Made by a program: the position numbers and the translations under genes. DNA of 64,000 bases from Raillietiella orientalis. Its lineage: Eukaryota. Below, piece by piece: positions 61,250 through 64,000 of the stretch. Under the pieces are notes generated by a model. The model ran no database searches. It had not been told where the DNA came from and saw nothing but the letters and a program-made list of their open reading frames with translations. The stretch is from assembly GCA_036172245.1 (NCBI GenBank), contig JAYWIR010000017.1, positions 310,001 to 374,000 of the forward strand, read 5' to 3'. The stretch's first letter is position 1. Each line of letters starts with the position of its first letter.

Positions 61250-63603
61250 TTATTCCTGCTCTTTTCTGATATGCTTTTGCCTTTCTGAAATAAATGGAAC
61301 CGTGTCTGGATGGGAGTGCACACGTAAATTTGCTTCTTTTTTCTTTTTGCTGACTCCAATGGCTTGCAGTTCCTTCCTTGCATTATAAATATGCTTTGGT
61401 ACATGATGGAAACGTGCAATCCTTTTTATATGAGGATGATGACCAAATTTTGCTTTCAGTTGCTGATTATATTGTAGGTCTGCTTTTTCTCGTGGATGTA
61501 ACTACAGAGCTTGCTATCTTATTTGCTTTATTACATTTTTACTTACAATGCCAAGTTTAGCAGAAGCTTGTGCTTTCCATAATCTAATGTTCATTTCATC
61601 CGAACCTGAGATGATGTAATTGTTATCTTGTGACCACAATACACATGTCAACCTCTGCATTCGTTTAGTATGATATACATCTCGAGAATGACTCTAAAGA
61701 GAGTAATAACACAATTTTTGCAAACTTTGCTCATGGTTCTAAATTACTATGCCAAAACATTTCCATCAGTAAAATGAATGCACAACAATCATTAGCAACA
61801 TCACATACTACTAACTAATTATGAAACACAATCATGCTTTAACAAAAAATATCTCTAAAAAAATAAATACACAAAAGCCAAACAGAATTACATTTACTGC
61901 AAACGGTCTTAAATCCAGTCTTCAGCACTTTGAGTAAAAGAATCAACAGTGATGAAATAATCAAGGATTAACTACCTACAGTAATTTTCACTATTTGGTG
62001 TGATTAAACTGAGCAAGTTCTCAATACATTTAAAACACTCCAACAATTCCACACAATTTATAAATACATTTATAAAAACATGCTTATTTACATTTATACA
62101 ACATTATTAAAATCTGCACAAAAAGTTTACTTTCCAAATTGATTAGAGTCAACCAAAAAAAAGCTACATATTTTAAATGAAAATTTTTCTGAATAAGTAC
62201 TTTATCTGCTGTAAATATCCTAATGGTTTTATCGTAGCTCCCAGAAACTATTTCTTTGCCTGTTGGTGCATAATCCAAGTCAATGACAGCTGAAGTATGA
62301 TCTTGGAACACATTCAGGGCTACACTCAAATTACGCATATCAAAAGAATACAAACTAATAACCATGAAATAAAATAATCTGATAACTCACTTGTAATCTT
62401 CATTGGCTACAGCAAAAACAAAAGCTTCCATTGGGTTCCAACATAAACTGTTGCTTTTTAAATTCATGGTAACTTTACGAATTGGAGACTCACCTCTCAG
62501 ATCATATAAAATAATACTACAATCACTGGCACATGATGCTAAAAGAAAAAATTATGGAATTAAGAACATTCAATGTTGCTTACCTAGTAAATTAACTTGC
62601 ACAGGATTAAAACGCACATGATGCAAGCTATCCACATCCCAAGAAAACTTTTTTAATGGTTCATTCCTATTATCATCCCATATCAAGCAATGCTCCCCAC
62701 AAGTTGCATACAATGACTGCTGCATATGATGGCTTATGCTCATGACTATACTCTATAAACCAACAAATTAATTAACAAGCCCTAGAATTGTGTTACAAAC
62801 CTGACTTAATATGCTATTCTTAGGCAATTCATTCTCTTTCCAAGAATATATATCACCCTGCCATAAATGTATATTTTTGTCATCTCCACAAGTATAAAAC
62901 TTATTACTAATTCTATCAAATGCTATGTCTCTTATAAAGCCTTCATGAGCTTGTACTGCTCTTAAACACTTTTGTGAAGACAAATCCCAAATCCTCAGCT
63001 AAAAAAATATAAGAATTTTCATTTTAATTGATACATGAAAGAGAAATTTACTTCTCCATCACATCCGCCTGAAAGTAGCAACGATAACATCTCATGATGC
63101 TTTTCTAAACAACTAATGCCATCTTTATGACCATGTAGGTTTTTCAAGAACGGCTTAGCAAAAACTTTTTCTAATTTCACGGCATTGAGTGCTTTTGTAT
63201 ATTCTCTGGGTACCTCAAATGGATGAAGCGATGGATCGTAATTCCTTGGTACTAAAATCACAATTTAATGGTTTCATTAAAAATTTTCAAAAAATCCCTT
63301 ACACTCTGAAATGCAGTTACAATTTACATCAAGGAAACTCTAAAATTTTTATAAAATAGTGCAAATAAAAAACGTCCTACGTGCACTCAAACTTGTGAAT
63401 TACAGCGCGCTTATGTTTTGTTTTTTTACCTTTAGGACACTTCTGATATACAAAAATACAAAGAAAGGTATAATGAAATAAACAAAACATCAATAAAATA
63501 TGCACTTTAGGAAAAATTCAATACAGAGCTTACATTTGAAGATATCATTCTTAGTTTCTCTCATATAATTATCCGGATGACGAGACAACACCTTGACTCT
63601 CAT
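61250..63603 (-). CDS. DCAF13: DDB1- and CUL4-associated factor 13 (WDSOF1/Sof1), 8 exons, 445 aa
   Basis: Exons: 63534-63603, 63052-63251, 62801-62998, 62584-62752, 62391-62538, 62201-62354, 61547-61693, 61250-61501 (1338 nt). Motifs MRVKVLSR, PRNYDPSLHPFEVPREYTKALNAVKLEKVFAKPF, WNPMEAF, YHTKRMQ, SGSDEMNIRLWKA and a Sof1 C-terminus. Confidence 0.97.
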
Positions 63604-64000
63604 TCTACCTACATTAAGCTAATCTATCCGTCAGCCTACAGAATTCTCACATTGCAATGTGAAATTACCACATTCAAAAAATACTTTAGTAATAAACATG
63701 AATTTAAAAAATGCTGAAAAAGCACAAGTGAAAAGCTGAGATCTTATTTATATTTCATATAGAGCGAAAAACCCAAAACCAAGAAAAATAGAGAATTTCC
63801 ATGACCTGAAATCATCGAATGAAGCTTAAATACGTTTGGTACTATCATCCCGACTTGACCATATTTTCAGGATATAATTATCATAGAGCACATGTTCATA
63901 ATAAAAATAATTGACCTCTTTCTATTTATCCTTTCAGAACTCATATAACTCACATCGCTTGAAGACTAGACCGAAATCATTGAATACAACAAAAGTAGTT

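Noticed and set aside
61760..61840. Intronic C/D snoRNA in DCAF13
   Set aside because: Only imperfect C boxes and no terminal stem.

Overview
AT-rich eukaryotic (invertebrate, plausibly arthropod) genomic DNA with very short GT-AG introns, mostly 36-58 nt. Four conserved multi-exon genes can be rebuilt by hand with consistent phases: PRP4 kinase (-, 1602-10242), a centrosomin/CDK5RAP2-like gene (-, 43614-50395), a C2H2 zinc-finger gene (+, ~59770-61209) and DCAF13/SOF1 (-, 61250-63603). There is also one intact 406-aa orphan ORF. The intergenic DNA is mostly decayed transposons: a mariner, a Ty3/Gypsy relic and several LINE fragments, including three related L1/Tx1-like copies. The most notable observations are: (1) a ~620-bp tailless 28S rRNA fragment inserted into a LINE between perfect 15-bp direct repeats; (2) a Rickettsiales/Wolbachia-like MFS transporter fragment inside a centrosomin intron; (3) a GC-rich pseudoknot-like island next to the LINE 3' end; (4) two convergent genes whose stop codons are 40 bp apart. 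All family assignments come from motif recognition by eye; no database search was run.
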